Of a stretch of DNA of 64,000 nt, positions 18,003 through 29,231 are shown in pieces; position 1 is the first letter of the stretch; each line of letters begins with the position of its first letter. The notes beneath the pieces are model-generated. The model was given only the letters and a program-made list of their open reading frames with translations, searched no databases and was not told the origin of the DNA. The stretch comes from Nitrosopumilaceae archaeon (lineage in GTDB: Archaea; Thermoproteota; Nitrososphaeria; Nitrososphaerales; Nitrosopumilaceae): contig CBDBCR010000001.1 of the NCBI GenBank assembly GCA_965203465.1, positions 160,001-224,000 of the forward strand, given 5' to 3'. The position numbers and the translations under genes were made by a program.

Positions 18003-18761
18003 TTGCTCGTATCGGCCGCCCAGCTTGAAGCCGTGGACGGGCACGTCATACTGGACTGCCGCGGCTTTGCGGACTACAAAAAGTCCCACATACCCGGCGC
18101 CGTCAACCTCGACGTCTTTGCGTTCCACTGGTACGACACGAGCCCTGCCGGGCTCGACGGCTTCGTCTCGCAGGCGAGGCGGCTCGCCTCGCACGCCGGC
18201 GTCTGCCCGCAGCGCCGGGCCGTCTTTTACGACGACCGATCCGGCATGCTGGCCGCGCGCGGCCTGTGGATGGCAAAGCTGCTGGGGCACCCGGACGCGG
18301 CCATGCTCGACGGGGGCCTCGCGGCGTGGTCCGCCGGCGGCCGGCCGCTCGAGGAGGGCACGCGCGCCTTTAGCCCGTGCGGCGAGCCGCCCGGCACCGA
18401 CCGCTCGGTGCTGATAGGTAGGGACGAGCTGGCATCCGGCCTGGAGAGCCTGCGCGTCATCGACGCGCGCTCCGAGGCCGAGTATCGCGGGCGCGACGTG
18501 AGGGCCGCGCGCGGCGGCCACGTGCCCGGCGCGGACAACATCGACTGGGCCGAGAACCTGAACCCGGACGGCTCGTTCAAGAGCCCCGAGCGGCTGCGCG
18601 CCTTGTACGGGCCCGACCGCCCCACGGCGGTGTACTGCCACGGCGCGTACCGGGCGGCAAACACGTTCGTGGCGATGCGCCTTGCCGGCTATTCGGACGT
18701 GCGCGTGTACCTGGGATCGTGGGGCGAGTGGGGCAACCTGGATCTGCCCGCCGAAAGCTAG
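18003..18761 (+). CDS. Tandem-domain rhodanese/sulfurtransferase
   Basis: SHIPGAV, LDGGL, GHVPGA, VYCHGAYRA, YLGSWGEW. Confidence 0.92.
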   Translation: MLVSAAQLEAVDGHVILDCRGFADYKKSHIPGAVNLDVFAFHWYDTSPAGLDGFVSQARRLASHAGVCPQRRAVFYDDRSGMLAARGLWMAKLLGHPDAAMLDGGLAAWSAGGRPLEEGTRAFSPCGEPPGTDRSVLIGRDELASGLESLRVIDARSEAEYRGRDVRAARGGHVPGADNIDWAENLNPDGSFKSPERLRALYGPDRPTAVYCHGAYRAANTFVAMRLAGYSDVRVYLGSWGEWGNLDLPAES

Positions 18762-20848
18762 GCCCTGCGGGCGCGCCAGACGAACTTGTTGTATATGGCC
18801 TCGGGGCTGACCTGCCTGAACGGGGCGGCGCCGCCAGAGTACCACTTTGTGAAAAACTCGTACAGGTGCAGCCTGAGCGCCTGTATGTACACTATCAGGC
18901 CCTCTATCATCATTATGCCGAGGTTGCCGCCGACTATCATGGCGATGGCCCCCGCCGACGAGGCGCCGCCAAGCTGCACGTACGCGTTGTTGACGGTCAG
19001 CAGCAGCGCCGCGTGAACGAGCAGCATGATCCCGAGGCGCGCGTAGCTTATGGTATGCGCCAGCGATTCTATGGTCTTTGCCAGCAGCACCTCCATGAGC
19101 ACGCTTGCCGGATCGCCGTCCTCGGGGTGCTTTCTGGTGTGGAGTATGCCGCCTATGATCATGGTCACCATCGAGGCCAGGACCGTCACGACCGCTATGC
19201 GGGTGACTATCCAGACCTGCGCCCACTCGCCAAGGAATATCGTCACCCACGGCACCGGCTCGGCGTGCGCGCGCGAGTACATGTTCATCACGTCGTACTG
19301 GGCGCCGATGGCGCACATCATTATCACCACGATGCCGCCGTACAGGGTCAGGTTGGGCAGGGCCTCCGTGTACACGGCCAGCTTTTGGCCCCTTTTGTAC
19401 ATGGTCCGTATGCGCAGCACCATGGCCCAGACCAGGTGTATGATGCCCAAGAACAGCGAGACCTTGAGTATGTCTATGACCTGGTCAAAGCTCAGCTCTG
19501 CCACGCTCAGCACCCCGACTATCCAGGACGCCGCGTACAGCGCGCCGCCCTCCTCGAAGAGGCCCTCAAAGGGCCCCAGGTGGTCGAGGTGGTACCCGAA
19601 GACCTCGCCCGTACCCACGCCGGCTATGGCCGACGCTGCCCCCGATATGGCGATGAGCATGCCCCACCGCGAGAGCGTCCCCTGCCCCTTTGCCTTGAAG
19701 AGCAGGCCCATGCCCATCAGCAGCAGGCCGTGGCCCAGGTCGGCGAACATTATCCCGTAGAATATGGGCCACATGAGCGCTATCATCGGGGTGGGGTCGG
19801 CCTCGCCCCTCTTGGGTATCCCCTGGCTCTGCGTGATCACCTCGAAGGTCCGCACGAACCTCTTGTTCTGTATCAGGGTGGGGGCGTCCTGCCCCTTTGG
19901 CACGTCCTCGACGACGGCCGTCCAGCCCTCGGCGGCCTTTACGAACTTTGATTCCATGCGCTCGGGTATGTACCCGCGTATTACAGCAAAGTTGCGCGTG
20001 CCGCCCGGCTTCCTGAGCGTCTCGAGCACCTCCTTCGCCGTCCGCGCGGCCTCGTGCATCGCCAGCAGGTCCCTCCTGCCCGACTTTGCGGCCGACGATA
20101 TCTCCTTGCCGAGCGACTTTAGGCGGGCCGACAGCTCGGTCGCCTTTGCGTCGGCGGCCGCCCAGGCCCGGCTGGGCACCTGCGGCATGCCCTCCGGTAT
20201 GGAAAACTGCGAGGCGTTGAAGGCGCGCATCGTCTTTGATATTTTTTCGGCGTCGCGCGCGTCGGCCACCACCAGCAGCGCCGAGCCGTCCTTCGATTCT
20301 AGCGGAAAGCGGTAGGACGCGCAGTCGAGCGACTTTTCGGCCTCGGGCACGTCCCGCGAGGCCAGCGTGAACAGGCCCGCGTAAAAGTGCCTGCTGGTGC
20401 CGACGCCGGCAAGATCCACGCCGAGCTTTCTGGCCGCGGCCAGCGTGTCCCTGAGCGACGAGTACTCTTCGAGCGAGCGCTTGGCCGAGGCGCGCTCCTC
20501 GAGCAGGGCGGCGGCCTTTTCGACGGCCTTTGGCACGCGCGCCTCCAGATCCGCCACCATCCCCTGTATCTGCTCTATCTCGAACTCTTTCTTCTTGATC
20601 ACCGTCCCCTTGAAGAGTATCTCCAGTATCCCGACGGTCGGCGGCAGGCCCAGGCCCTTTACCACGCCGTCCACTGCCTGGTAGGCCTGCTGCGCCCTGA
20701 GCAGCAGGTCGTCTATCTGGGGCGTGACTATGTCGGCGTCGGAGTCTATCTTGTGGAACCAGTCGAACTCGGCCAGCCTCGAGACCGCCTTTTGCGACTC
20801 GTCGCGGGGCAGTATCACGCTGCCGATCTTGAGGTCAGCTACTGCCAA
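18758..20848 (-). CDS. atpI: A/V-type ATP synthase subunit I
   Basis: EADPTP, FYGIMFADLGHG, HTISYARL, QALRLHLYEFF. Confidence 0.95.
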   Translation of the reverse strand: MAVADLKIGSVILPRDESQKAVSRLAEFDWFHKIDSDADIVTPQIDDLLLRAQQAYQAVDGVVKGLGLPPTVGILEILFKGTVIKKKEFEIEQIQGMVADLEARVPKAVEKAAALLEERASAKRSLEEYSSLRDTLAAARKLGVDLAGVGTSRHFYAGLFTLASRDVPEAEKSLDCASYRFPLESKDGSALLVVADARDAEKISKTMRAFNASQFSIPEGMPQVPSRAWAAADAKATELSARLKSLGKEISSAAKSGRRDLLAMHEAARTAKEVLETLRKPGGTRNFAVIRGYIPERMESKFVKAAEGWTAVVEDVPKGQDAPTLIQNKRFVRTFEVITQSQGIPKRGEADPTPMIALMWPIFYGIMFADLGHGLLLMGMGLLFKAKGQGTLSRWGMLIAISGAASAIAGVGTGEVFGYHLDHLGPFEGLFEEGGALYAASWIVGVLSVAELSFDQVIDILKVSLFLGIIHLVWAMVLRIRTMYKRGQKLAVYTEALPNLTLYGGIVVIMMCAIGAQYDVMNMYSRAHAEPVPWVTIFLGEWAQVWIVTRIAVVTVLASMVTMIIGGILHTRKHPEDGDPASVLMEVLLAKTIESLAHTISYARLGIMLLVHAALLLTVNNAYVQLGGASSAGAIAMIVGGNLGIMMIEGLIVYIQALRLHLYEFFTKWYSGGAAPFRQVSPEAIYNKFVWRARRA

Positions 20849-20942
20849 GCCGGGCACGCGCCCCGCGTTCGGGTTTAATACCTTTCCAGCGCCGGATCCG
20901 GCCCGACAAACATTAAAAGCCGCACCCCCGGGGCCCCGCCCG

Positions 20943-21539
20943 TTGGCAGATTCTGCACTGCAACAGACCATAGACAAGGTGCTGGGCCGCACCGAATCGG
21001 AGATCTCCGAAAAGATAGAGGCGGCCGCCTCGGCCGCGAGGTCCTCCTTGGACGAGGAGGCCTCGGCGCTGGAGGCCGAATACGACCGGATCGTGGCCGC
21101 CGGCGCAAAAGAGGCCGAAAAGGCCGAAAAGCAGATAGTCGGCGGCGCCGACCTAGAGGCGCGCAACAAGAGGCTCGTGGCCGTCGAGGAATCGATAGGG
21201 CGAGTATTCGACGAGGCCGTCTCGCGCATACGCTCGGCCGAGCGCGACGACGCGTACGCCGCCCTGCTAGGCTCGCTATTCGACGAGGCCGCCGGCGTGC
21301 TCGGGACCTCCGAGATTACGGTATACGCCAACGGCAGGGACCGCGCCCTGGTGGAGCGGATGCTCCCCAAATACCCCGGCTCGCAGCTCTCGGCCGAGCA
21401 GCTGGACTGCATGGGGGGCCTGCGGGCCGTCTCGCGCGACGGCACGATGAGCTTTGACAATACCTTGGACGCCCGGCTCGAGCGCTTGAAGCCTTTAATA
21501 AGGAAGGAAATCGCGGCGAGCTTCGGATTGGGTGATTGA
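20943..21539 (+). CDS. atpE: A/V-type ATP synthase subunit E
   Basis: Helical N-terminus, CMGG...DG...FDNTLDARL. Confidence 0.92.
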   Translation: MADSALQQTIDKVLGRTESEISEKIEAAASAARSSLDEEASALEAEYDRIVAAGAKEAEKAEKQIVGGADLEARNKRLVAVEESIGRVFDEAVSRIRSAERDDAYAALLGSLFDEAAGVLGTSEITVYANGRDRALVERMLPKYPGSQLSAEQLDCMGGLRAVSRDGTMSFDNTLDARLERLKPLIRKEIAASFGLGD

Positions 21540-23313
21540 TGTGGCGGCGCAGGGAAGGATAGTCTGGGTCAGCGGGCCGGCCGTAAAGGCCGACGGCATG
21601 TCCGAGGCCAAAATGTACGAGACCGTCGTGGTCGGGGATTCGAAGCTGGTCGGCGAGGTCATCAGGCTGACCGGCGACGTGGCCTTCATACAGGTGTACG
21701 AATCGACTAGCGGCCTAAAGCCGGGCGAGCCCGTGACCGGGACGGGCAGCCCCCTGAGCGTCATGCTCGGGCCGGGCATCATCGGGCAGCTGTACGACGG
21801 CATACAGAGGCCGCTTCGCGAGCTGTCAAAGGCATCCGGCTCGTTCATCGGGAGGGGCATCACGACCGACCCAGTCGACATGTCCAAAAAGTACCGCTTC
21901 GTCCCCTCCGTATCCGAGGGCGCGGAGGTCTCGCCGGGCGACATCATCGGGACCGTGCAGGAGACCGACCTGATAACCGACCACGGGATAATGGTTCCGC
22001 CCGACCACCCCGGCGGCAAGGTGACTAGCATCGTGCAGGAGGGCGAGTACGACTTGGAGACGGAGCTCGCATCGGTCGAGAACGCGCCCCCGCTGAAAAT
22101 GTACCACCGCTGGCCCGTCCGCAAGCCGCGCCCGTACAAGGCGCGCTACGACGCGACCATACCGCTGCTCACCGGCCAGCGCATAATCGACACGTTCTTC
22201 CCCATCGCAAAGGGGGGCACCGGGTCCATACCGGGCGCGTTCGGGACGGGCAAGACCGTCACGCTCCACCAGATAGCAAAGTGGGCCGATTCACAGGTCG
22301 TGGTCTACATCGGCTGCGGCGAGCGCGGCAACGAGATGACCGAGGTGCTCGTAGAGTTCCCCGAACTGAAAGATCCGCGCAGCGGCAAGCCGCTCATGGA
22401 CCGCACCGTCCTGGTGGCCAACACCAGCAACATGCCCGTGGCGGCCCGCGAGGCCAGCATCTACACGGGCGTGACCATAGCAGAGTACTACCGCGACATG
22501 GGCAAGGACGTCGTGCTGGTCGCCGATTCGACGAGCCGCTGGGCCGAGGCGCTGCGCGAGATGAGCGGCAGGCTCGAGGAGATGCCCGCAGAAGAGGGGT
22601 ACCCGTCGTATTTGGCCTCGAGGCTGGCAGAGTTTTACGAGCGCGCCGGGCGCGTGCGCGCATCGGGCGGCCCCGACCGCGACGGCTCGGTGACCCTCGT
22701 GGGCGCGGTCTCGCCGTCGGGCGGCGACTTTACCGAGCCGGTCACCACGCATACCATGAGGTTCATCAAGACGTTCTGGGCGCTCGACGCAAAGCTCGCG
22801 TATTCCAGGCACTACCCGTCCATAAACTGGATGAACAGCTATTCGGGGTACTTGGGCGACATCGCAAAGTGGTGGAGCGACAACGTCAGCGACGAGTGGT
22901 TTTCGATGCGTAGCGAGGCGTACAGGATACTGCAGCAGGAGGACAAGCTGCGCGAGATTGTGCAGCTGCTCGGCCCCGAGGCGCTGCCCGAGGAGGAAAA
23001 GCTGACCCTCGAGGTGGCCCGCATGATAAAGATCGGGCTGCTGCAGCAGAACTCGTTCGACGAGGTGGACACGTACTGCAGCACCGAAAAGCAGATGCGC
23101 CTGCTAAAGCTCATGGTGCAGTTTTACCGGCGCGGCGGGCAGGCCATCAAGGAGGGCGCGGCCGTCTCGGACATACGCGCCATGCCGGTAGTGCCGGCGC
23201 TGCTAAAGGCGCGCATGGAGGTGCCCGACGAAAAGCTGGCAGAGCTCGAGGGGCTGGCCTCCCAGATGGAGGAGCAGTTCCGCCAGGCCGCGGGGGTGAA
23301 GGTGGCGAATTGA
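21532..23313 (+). CDS. atpA: A/V-type ATP synthase subunit A
   Basis: [30 protein letters not shown]. Confidence 0.98.
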   Translation: MIDVAAQGRIVWVSGPAVKADGMSEAKMYETVVVGDSKLVGEVIRLTGDVAFIQVYESTSGLKPGEPVTGTGSPLSVMLGPGIIGQLYDGIQRPLRELSKASGSFIGRGITTDPVDMSKKYRFVPSVSEGAEVSPGDIIGTVQETDLITDHGIMVPPDHPGGKVTSIVQEGEYDLETELASVENAPPLKMYHRWPVRKPRPYKARYDATIPLLTGQRIIDTFFPIAKGGTGSIPGAFGTGKTVTLHQIAKWADSQVVVYIGCGERGNEMTEVLVEFPELKDPRSGKPLMDRTVLVANTSNMPVAAREASIYTGVTIAEYYRDMGKDVVLVADSTSRWAEALREMSGRLEEMPAEEGYPSYLASRLAEFYERAGRVRASGGPDRDGSVTLVGAVSPSGGDFTEPVTTHTMRFIKTFWALDAKLAYSRHYPSINWMNSYSGYLGDIAKWWSDNVSDEWFSMRSEAYRILQQEDKLREIVQLLGPEALPEEEKLTLEVARMIKIGLLQQNSFDEVDTYCSTEKQMRLLKLMVQFYRRGGQAIKEGAAVSDIRAMPVVPALLKARMEVPDEKLAELEGLASQMEEQFRQAAGVKVAN

Positions 23314-24689
23314 GCTCCGGGGGCGTGCAGTACAGCAAGATAGCCGAGATCAAGGGGCCGCTGGTCATAGTAGACGATGTGGAGAGCGCAGCGTTCGACG
23401 AGCTGGTCGAGGTCGAGACTTCGGACGGCGCGCACCGCCTGGGCAAGGTGCTCGAGGTGGGCAACGGCAAGGCCATCGTCCAGGTCTTCGAGGGGACCAC
23501 GGGCCTGTCGGTGGCCGGCACCAAGGCAAAGTTCGTCGGCAAGGTCATGGAGATGCCCGTCTCGCGCGAGGTGCTCGGGCGCGTCTTCGACGGCTTGGGC
23601 CGCCCCAAGGATGGCCTGCCCGACCCGATAGCCGACAAGTTCGTCGACATCAACGGCGAGCCGATGAACCCCGAGCAGCGCGAGTACCCCAAGGACTTCA
23701 TCCAGACGGGCGTCTCTGTCATAGACGGCATGATCACGCTGGTCCGGGGCCAGAAACTGCCCATCTTTTCGGGATCGGGCATGTCGCACAACCTGCTGGC
23801 AGCCCAGATAGCGCGGCAGGCCACGGTGCTCGGCTCCGGCGAGGACTTTGCCGTGGTGTTCGCGGCCATCGGCGTGCAGTACAGCGAATCCGAATACTTT
23901 AGGCGCAGCCTCGAAGAGTCGGGAGCGCTCAAGCGCAGCGTCCTGTTCCTGAACCTGGCCGACGATCCGGCCATAGAGAGGATAATCACCCCGCGCGTGG
24001 CGCTGACCGTCGCCGAGTACCTCGCCTTCGACCTGGGCATGCACGTGCTGGTCATACTGACGGACATGACGAATTACGCCGAGGCGCTGCGCGAGATCAG
24101 CGCGGCGCGCGAGGAGGTGCCCGGCCGCAAGGGGTACCCCGGGTACCTGTACACCGACCTGTCCACCATATACGAGAGGGCCGGCAAGCTCATCGGCCGC
24201 AAGGGCAGCGTCACGCAGGTGCCCATACTGTCCATGCCGTCCGACGACATCACGCACCCCATACCAGACCTTACCGGATACATAACGGAGGGGCAGGTGG
24301 TGCTCGGCCGCGACCTGTTCAGGCAGGGCGTGTACCCGCCGGTCAACATACTGATGAGCCTCAGCCGCCTAATGAAGGACGGCATCGGCGAGGGGCGCAC
24401 GCGCGAGGACCACGGCGAGATCTCCAACCAAAACTACGACGCGTACTCGCGCGCCCAGGAGGTCCGGGCGCTGGCGGACATCGTGGGCAGGCCCGGCCTG
24501 ACCGAGATCGACCTCAAATACATGGACGTGGGCGACGCGTTCGAGGGCCAGTTCCTCACGCAGGCCACCGACGAGAACCGCACGATAGAAGAGACGCTCG
24601 GGCTGCTCTGGAAGATAGTCTCGAAACTGCCGCGCAACGAGCTGACAAAGGTCAAGGACAAGTACGTCGACCGCCACTACGGGGGATAG
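23310..24689 (+). CDS. atpB: A/V-type ATP synthase subunit B
   Basis: [34 protein letters not shown]. Confidence 0.98.
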   Translation: MSSGGVQYSKIAEIKGPLVIVDDVESAAFDELVEVETSDGAHRLGKVLEVGNGKAIVQVFEGTTGLSVAGTKAKFVGKVMEMPVSREVLGRVFDGLGRPKDGLPDPIADKFVDINGEPMNPEQREYPKDFIQTGVSVIDGMITLVRGQKLPIFSGSGMSHNLLAAQIARQATVLGSGEDFAVVFAAIGVQYSESEYFRRSLEESGALKRSVLFLNLADDPAIERIITPRVALTVAEYLAFDLGMHVLVILTDMTNYAEALREISAAREEVPGRKGYPGYLYTDLSTIYERAGKLIGRKGSVTQVPILSMPSDDITHPIPDLTGYITEGQVVLGRDLFRQGVYPPVNILMSLSRLMKDGIGEGRTREDHGEISNQNYDAYSRAQEVRALADIVGRPGLTEIDLKYMDVGDAFEGQFLTQATDENRTIEETLGLLWKIVSKLPRNELTKVKDKYVDRHYGG

Positions 24690-24691
24690 GG

Positions 24692-25324
24692 TTGTCGTTC
24701 GGGCAGAACGTGGCCACCACCAAGATAGAGCTGCTAAAGTACAAGCGCTCCGGGCAGGTGGCCGGCATGGTCCAAAAGATACTCGACGACAAGCGCAAGG
24801 TGATACTGAAAAACATCGAAGAAATGATAGACGAGGCCTCGAAGGCGCGCGGCGGCATCTGGGATCCGCTGCAGGACATCTACAAGTCCGTAGACGAGGC
24901 GTACCTTGCGCTGGGCACCGGCACGGTGGATTCGGTCGCCGAATCGACGCCGCCCGTAATGGAGGTGGAATCGAGCGTGCGCCGCGTCGTGGACGTAAAG
25001 ATAACCTCGCTTTCGGTCACCGAAAAGGAGGCCGGCTCCATGCCGTACGGCTTTGCCGACACCAACTCGTCGGTGGACCGCGCAGCCAAGCAGATAAAGG
25101 AGCTGCTGCCGCAGATCTGCAAGGCCGCCGAGTACGAAAATTCCATATTCAGCCTGGCAAAGGCGCTCGAAAAGACGCAAAAGCTGCTCAACGCCCTAGA
25201 GAACGTCATAATACCGCGGTACCGGCACCGGATCAAGTTCATACTGGCCACGCTCGAGGAGCGCGAGCGCGAAGAGTTCGCAAAGCTGAAAAAAGTAAAG
25301 GCGGCCATGGAGAAGAGAAAGTGA
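24692..25324 (+). CDS. atpD: A/V-type ATP synthase subunit D
   Basis: TKIEL, LDDKR, NALENVIIP, LEEREREEF. Confidence 0.96.
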   Translation: MSFGQNVATTKIELLKYKRSGQVAGMVQKILDDKRKVILKNIEEMIDEASKARGGIWDPLQDIYKSVDEAYLALGTGTVDSVAESTPPVMEVESSVRRVVDVKITSLSVTEKEAGSMPYGFADTNSSVDRAAKQIKELLPQICKAAEYENSIFSLAKALEKTQKLLNALENVIIPRYRHRIKFILATLEEREREEFAKLKKVKAAMEKRK

Positions 25325-25455
25325 TGGCCCGCGAACAGGTGAGGCGCATGGTCGAAGACGCAAAGGCTGCCGTGCAAAAGGAAGCCCAGGAGGCGGCCGG
25401 CCGCGTGCGCGAAGAGATAGGCGCCATGAAAAAAGAGACGCTCGACAAGGTATAG
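25324..25455 (+). CDS. Small charged helical protein (43 aa), not in ORF track
   Basis: MAREQVRRMVEDAKAAVQKEAQEAAGRVREEIGAMKKETLDKV*; overlaps the atpD stop and abuts the next start. Confidence 0.65.
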   Translation: MAREQVRRMVEDAKAAVQKEAQEAAGRVREEIGAMKKETLDKV

Positions 25456-25456
25456 C

Positions 25457-26104
25457 ATGCTGGACTTGACGCTGCCGCTGGGCGAGGACACGCCGCAGTT
25501 TCCAGGCTCGCCGCGGCCGCACATGGTGCGGTGGGCCGAGCAGGCCAGGGACGGGTATTCCATGGAGGTGATGGCGGCGAGCACGCACGCGGGCACGCAC
25601 ATCGACGCGCCCTCGCACTTTGCGCGCGGAGGGGCCAGCGTCGACCGCATCCCGCTCTCGAGGCTGGTGCGCCGGCCCGCCGTCCTGGTCTGCGCCCGGC
25701 GCGGCCCCGGCGGCAGCGTGGGGGCCGGCGACATCGAGTCTTTCGAGGCCGAAAGCGGCCGCATAGGGCGGGGCGCGGCCGTCGTGCTGTTCACCGGGTG
25801 GCAGTCGCACCTGCGCCGGGCCGACTTTTTCACGCGCAACCCCGGCCTGACGCGCGCGGCGGCCCGCCTGCTGGCCTCGCGCCGGCCGTGCCTCGTGGGC
25901 ACCGACGCGCCGAGCATAGACCGCGGCGGCGACGCGGGCTTTCCGGCGCACCGCGAGCTGCTCGGCCGCGGCGTGCCGGTGGTGGAGAACCTGGCCAACC
26001 TGGAGCGGCTGAAGTGCGGCAGTTTTGAGATCACGGTCATGCCCGCGAGGCTAAAGGGGGCCTCGGGGGCGCCGGTGCGCGCGGCGGCGGAGTGCGACGC
26101 TTGA
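25457..26104 (+). CDS. Cyclase family / kynurenine formamidase-like hydrolase
   Basis: HAGTHIDAPSH, VGTDAPSID, VENL, GAPVRA. Confidence 0.9.
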   Translation: MLDLTLPLGEDTPQFPGSPRPHMVRWAEQARDGYSMEVMAASTHAGTHIDAPSHFARGGASVDRIPLSRLVRRPAVLVCARRGPGGSVGAGDIESFEAESGRIGRGAAVVLFTGWQSHLRRADFFTRNPGLTRAAARLLASRRPCLVGTDAPSIDRGGDAGFPAHRELLGRGVPVVENLANLERLKCGSFEITVMPARLKGASGAPVRAAAECDA

Positions 26105-26279
26105 GCCCGGGCCCGGCCGAAGCGGCCCGCGCGCTGCCGTCAAACCTGCCCACGCCCCGATCGCGCCAATACTATGACACCACTCAGATGTATTTCCCTT
26201 CACACCAGCATGCGTCCGAAGTACGAGGAAAATTGCTTCGGCGTGGTGTTATATATACAGCGAAGCGGCCGGAAGGGCA

Positions 26280-26735
26280 ATGTCCGGAACGGCGATCTTG
26301 GTCGCGCCGTTGCTCGCACTCGCGCTGCTCGTCCCGCCCACAACTCTCAACGCATGGCACGTGCCAGAATCTGAGCCGGCACAAGCGGGCGGAGACGGAC
26401 AGACGGGCGGCATCGTCCTTTACGATCAGCTGTTTCCGGAAACGGACGTTTCGGACGCAACGAAGCAAAAAGTCGCCGACAACCTCCTGAATTCGCAACC
26501 GATCGCGATGCCGCTTCCGGACGGGCAAGAAGAGCTCGGCCGGCAGGCTGTGGAACTGATACGCACCATCAACACGACAACCGACGAAGCTCTCAAAGAA
26601 CAGAAACAAAGAGAACTGGATCGGATGACGGTGCCCCTGCTCGAAGCCGGGATCGTGATTGCGGAAAAGTACCACGACGATCCGGAAGCATGGAAAGCGT
26701 TGCTGGAGGAGCTTGAAGACGACGGCGCCGGTTGA
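26280..26735 (+). CDS. Secreted hypothetical protein
   Basis: Signal peptide; TTATATA box about 25 nt upstream; lower GC. Confidence 0.7.
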   Translation: MSGTAILVAPLLALALLVPPTTLNAWHVPESEPAQAGGDGQTGGIVLYDQLFPETDVSDATKQKVADNLLNSQPIAMPLPDGQEELGRQAVELIRTINTTTDEALKEQKQRELDRMTVPLLEAGIVIAEKYHDDPEAWKALLEELEDDGAG

Positions 26736-26896
26736 CCGCATGCGCCGGAATTCGATCCCGGCGGCCGGCGTGACGGAGGCCCGCCCGGACGGAGAACGGA
26801 TTGCGGCAGGAATCGGCCGGGCCGTTGGGCTCCAGGTTGCCGCAAAGCGGGGCCCTCCTGCAAAGATTAAAAACGGCACGCGCGCGCCCCCCGCGC

Positions 26897-27925
26897 ATGG
26901 CAAAGAACGTCTATGCCTCCGTAAAGGCGTACGGCAAGCGCGGCAAGCTGCTATCCGCGTCTGACCTGCGCACCCTGGCCGAGTCGCGCGACTTGGACGA
27001 GCTGGTCACGCGCATAAAAAACACCACCTACGAAGAGGCAGTCTCGGAGCTAAAGGCGCCCTTTACGGCGCGCGCCATCGAGAGCGCCCTGCGCGGGCAC
27101 CTTGCCGGCATCCACTATTCGATAGCAAAGACTGTCGGCGCGTCCGACGTGCTCGACGCGTATTACACGCGCTTCATCGTGACCAACCTAAAGATGGTGC
27201 TAAAGGGCAAGGCGCTGGGCAAGCCGCAGGAGGAGATAGAGCCGCAGGTCAACCTGCGCGCCGAAGAGCTGGTCCGCATGCGCGACGTGGTGGTAAAGGC
27301 CATGGTGGCGCGCGACATGGAGGAGGCGGTCGCGACCCTCTCGCAGTCGAGCATGGGCGAAGAGGCAGCAAAGGCGGCGGCCCTGTACTCGGAAAAGGGC
27401 CACCTGCAGGCGTTCGACGCGTTCTTCGACAGGATAACCTATTCGCACTTGGGCAGGGCGCGCAAGCGCGCGGCCGACTCCGAGGCCGAGCGGCTGGTGG
27501 GCCTGGACATCGACTTTTACAACATCATGTCGGCGCTGCGCGCAAAGTTCTGGGGGCTCGACGAGGCGCAGGCCGAAGAGCTCGCAGTCTCGTACACGCC
27601 GTCTGCCCCCCGCGAGCTCGTCTCGAGGATCAGGGCCGCGGCCACGCTGCGCGACGCGTTCGGCGAGCTAAACTCTACGCGCTACAAGGCGCTGGTGCCC
27701 TCGTCCGAAAAAGAGCTGGACGCGCTGGCAGAGTTCGAGCGCTCGTTCGAATCGGAGATGTACAGGGCCGCCAACAGGGCCTTTACGAAGATGTTCAGCC
27801 TCGGCACGGTGGTCGCGATCACGAAACTGACCGCCTTCGAGGTGCGCAACATGGCCGCCATCGCGTTCGCCGTAGAGCAGGGCATACCGGCAGAGACCGT
27901 GATGCCCAAACTGATCGCGGCCTAG
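26897..27925 (+). CDS. atpC: A/V-type ATP synthase subunit C
   Basis: Y..VK....RGKLL, IDFYNI...LRAK, EVRNM. Confidence 0.9.
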   Translation: MAKNVYASVKAYGKRGKLLSASDLRTLAESRDLDELVTRIKNTTYEEAVSELKAPFTARAIESALRGHLAGIHYSIAKTVGASDVLDAYYTRFIVTNLKMVLKGKALGKPQEEIEPQVNLRAEELVRMRDVVVKAMVARDMEEAVATLSQSSMGEEAAKAAALYSEKGHLQAFDAFFDRITYSHLGRARKRAADSEAERLVGLDIDFYNIMSALRAKFWGLDEAQAEELAVSYTPSAPRELVSRIRAAATLRDAFGELNSTRYKALVPSSEKELDALAEFERSFESEMYRAANRAFTKMFSLGTVVAITKLTAFEVRNMAAIAFAVEQGIPAETVMPKLIAA

Positions 27926-27926
27926 G

Positions 27927-28172
27927 GTGGCCGGCACGATAAAGTTCCCGAAAAAAAGGGGCGGCGTGCCGCCCGACGCGCTCTACCGCATGATCTGGGT
28001 GAGCACCTTCCTCGCCCTCATATTCACCCTGCCGGCCCTCGGCGTCTTTCTCGCCGTGCACCACTACGCGGGAAACTTGGCGGTAGCGGCCGTGGCCGGG
28101 TTCGGCCTGCACTTCGTGGCCCTGGCGTTCTCCGGCCGCCTTTCGCGCTTTCTGACCCGGCTGGTCGGCTAG
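27927..28172 (+). CDS. Small two-TM membrane protein
   Basis: Two hydrophobic segments; 1 nt after atpC. Confidence 0.7.
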   Translation: MAGTIKFPKKRGGVPPDALYRMIWVSTFLALIFTLPALGVFLAVHHYAGNLAVAAVAGFGLHFVALAFSGRLSRFLTRLVG

Positions 28173-29155
28173 CGGTACTCGGCGCCGCAGTCCCCTATGA
28201 GGCCGAGCAGGTTGCGGGCCCTACCCGTCACGGAGGCGATGCGGGCGCGGTCGTCCGAATCGAGCGAGAACTCAAAGACGCGCAGGTTCTCCTCCACGTG
28301 CTCCGAGACGCCGAGCCTCGCGCCCACGATGGCCGCGCAGACCGCCGGCATGTCGAGCACGGCGCGCACCGCCACGTTGGCCACGCTGACAGAGTGCTTT
28401 CGGGCGACCGAGCCCATCTCGGAGAGCAGCTCTTGGAACAGCCCCCACCCTCCCCACGCGTCCACCATGTTCTTGTATTTCTGGAGGCTGGCGGTGTACA
28501 GATCCGCGCCCGACGGCTCGGGCGCGCCAAGGTACCTTTCGGAGAGCAGCCCGCCTAGCAGCGACCCGTAGGCCAGTATCTTGACGTTGTGCCCGGCGCA
28601 AAACTCGGCCATCCCGGCGGCGGATCTCTGGTCTAGCACCGAGCACTGCACCTGGTTGGAGACGGGGCGCAGGCCGCGCCCGGCCATCTCGCGCAGGCGC
28701 TCGGTGTCGAAGTTGGTCAGGCCCACGTGGCGCACCCGGCCGTCCGAGCGCAGCGCCTCCAGGGATTCGAGGGCGTCGAGATACCTCCTGTCCGCATAGT
28801 CCCACCAGTGGAACTGCACCAGGTCTATGGCATCCACGCCCATCCGGGAAGCCGAGCCGGCCACGGCCCGCTCCACCCTGCCAAAGTCCATCGGGCCCGG
28901 ATCGGGCACGAACTTTGTGAGCGCGGTCGCCTCTTCTTTTCCGCGCGGGCCCAGCTGCTCCCGGAACCTGCCGAAAAAAACCTCGGCGGGCCCGTATATG
29001 TCGGCCATGTCCCAGCAGGCCAGGCCCGCTTCGTGGTACCTGTGCATCTGGCGCACCGCCGCGCCCGGATCGACGGGCCCGTGCGCGCCGGCCACCTGCC
29101 ACATGCCGTTGATTATGCGCGCCGCCTCGAGGCCCGGGGCTATCTCGGCCTTCAC
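28169..29155 (-). CDS. Aldo/keto reductase
   Basis: GMWQ, DMADIYG, IDLVQFH, VGLTNF, SNQVQ. Confidence 0.92.
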   Translation of the reverse strand: MKAEIAPGLEAARIINGMWQVAGAHGPVDPGAAVRQMHRYHEAGLACWDMADIYGPAEVFFGRFREQLGPRGKEEATALTKFVPDPGPMDFGRVERAVAGSASRMGVDAIDLVQFHWWDYADRRYLDALESLEALRSDGRVRHVGLTNFDTERLREMAGRGLRPVSNQVQCSVLDQRSAAGMAEFCAGHNVKILAYGSLLGGLLSERYLGAPEPSGADLYTASLQKYKNMVDAWGGWGLFQELLSEMGSVARKHSVSVANVAVRAVLDMPAVCAAIVGARLGVSEHVEENLRVFEFSLDSDDRARIASVTGRARNLLGLIGDCGAEYR

Positions 29156-29231
29156 GGTTTTCGGAGCGCCCGCCCGCAATAAAACTACACTGCACAAGCC
29201 ACAAATACGGCGCCCGCCGGGCCCCGCCGCC

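Noticed and set aside
21532-24689. Inteins in atpA/atpB
   Set aside because: Lengths are normal and motifs are contiguous
26202-26250. Stem ACACCA..CCGAAG/CTTCGG..TGGTGT upstream of the secreted gene
   Set aside because: Short and interrupted; no independent support
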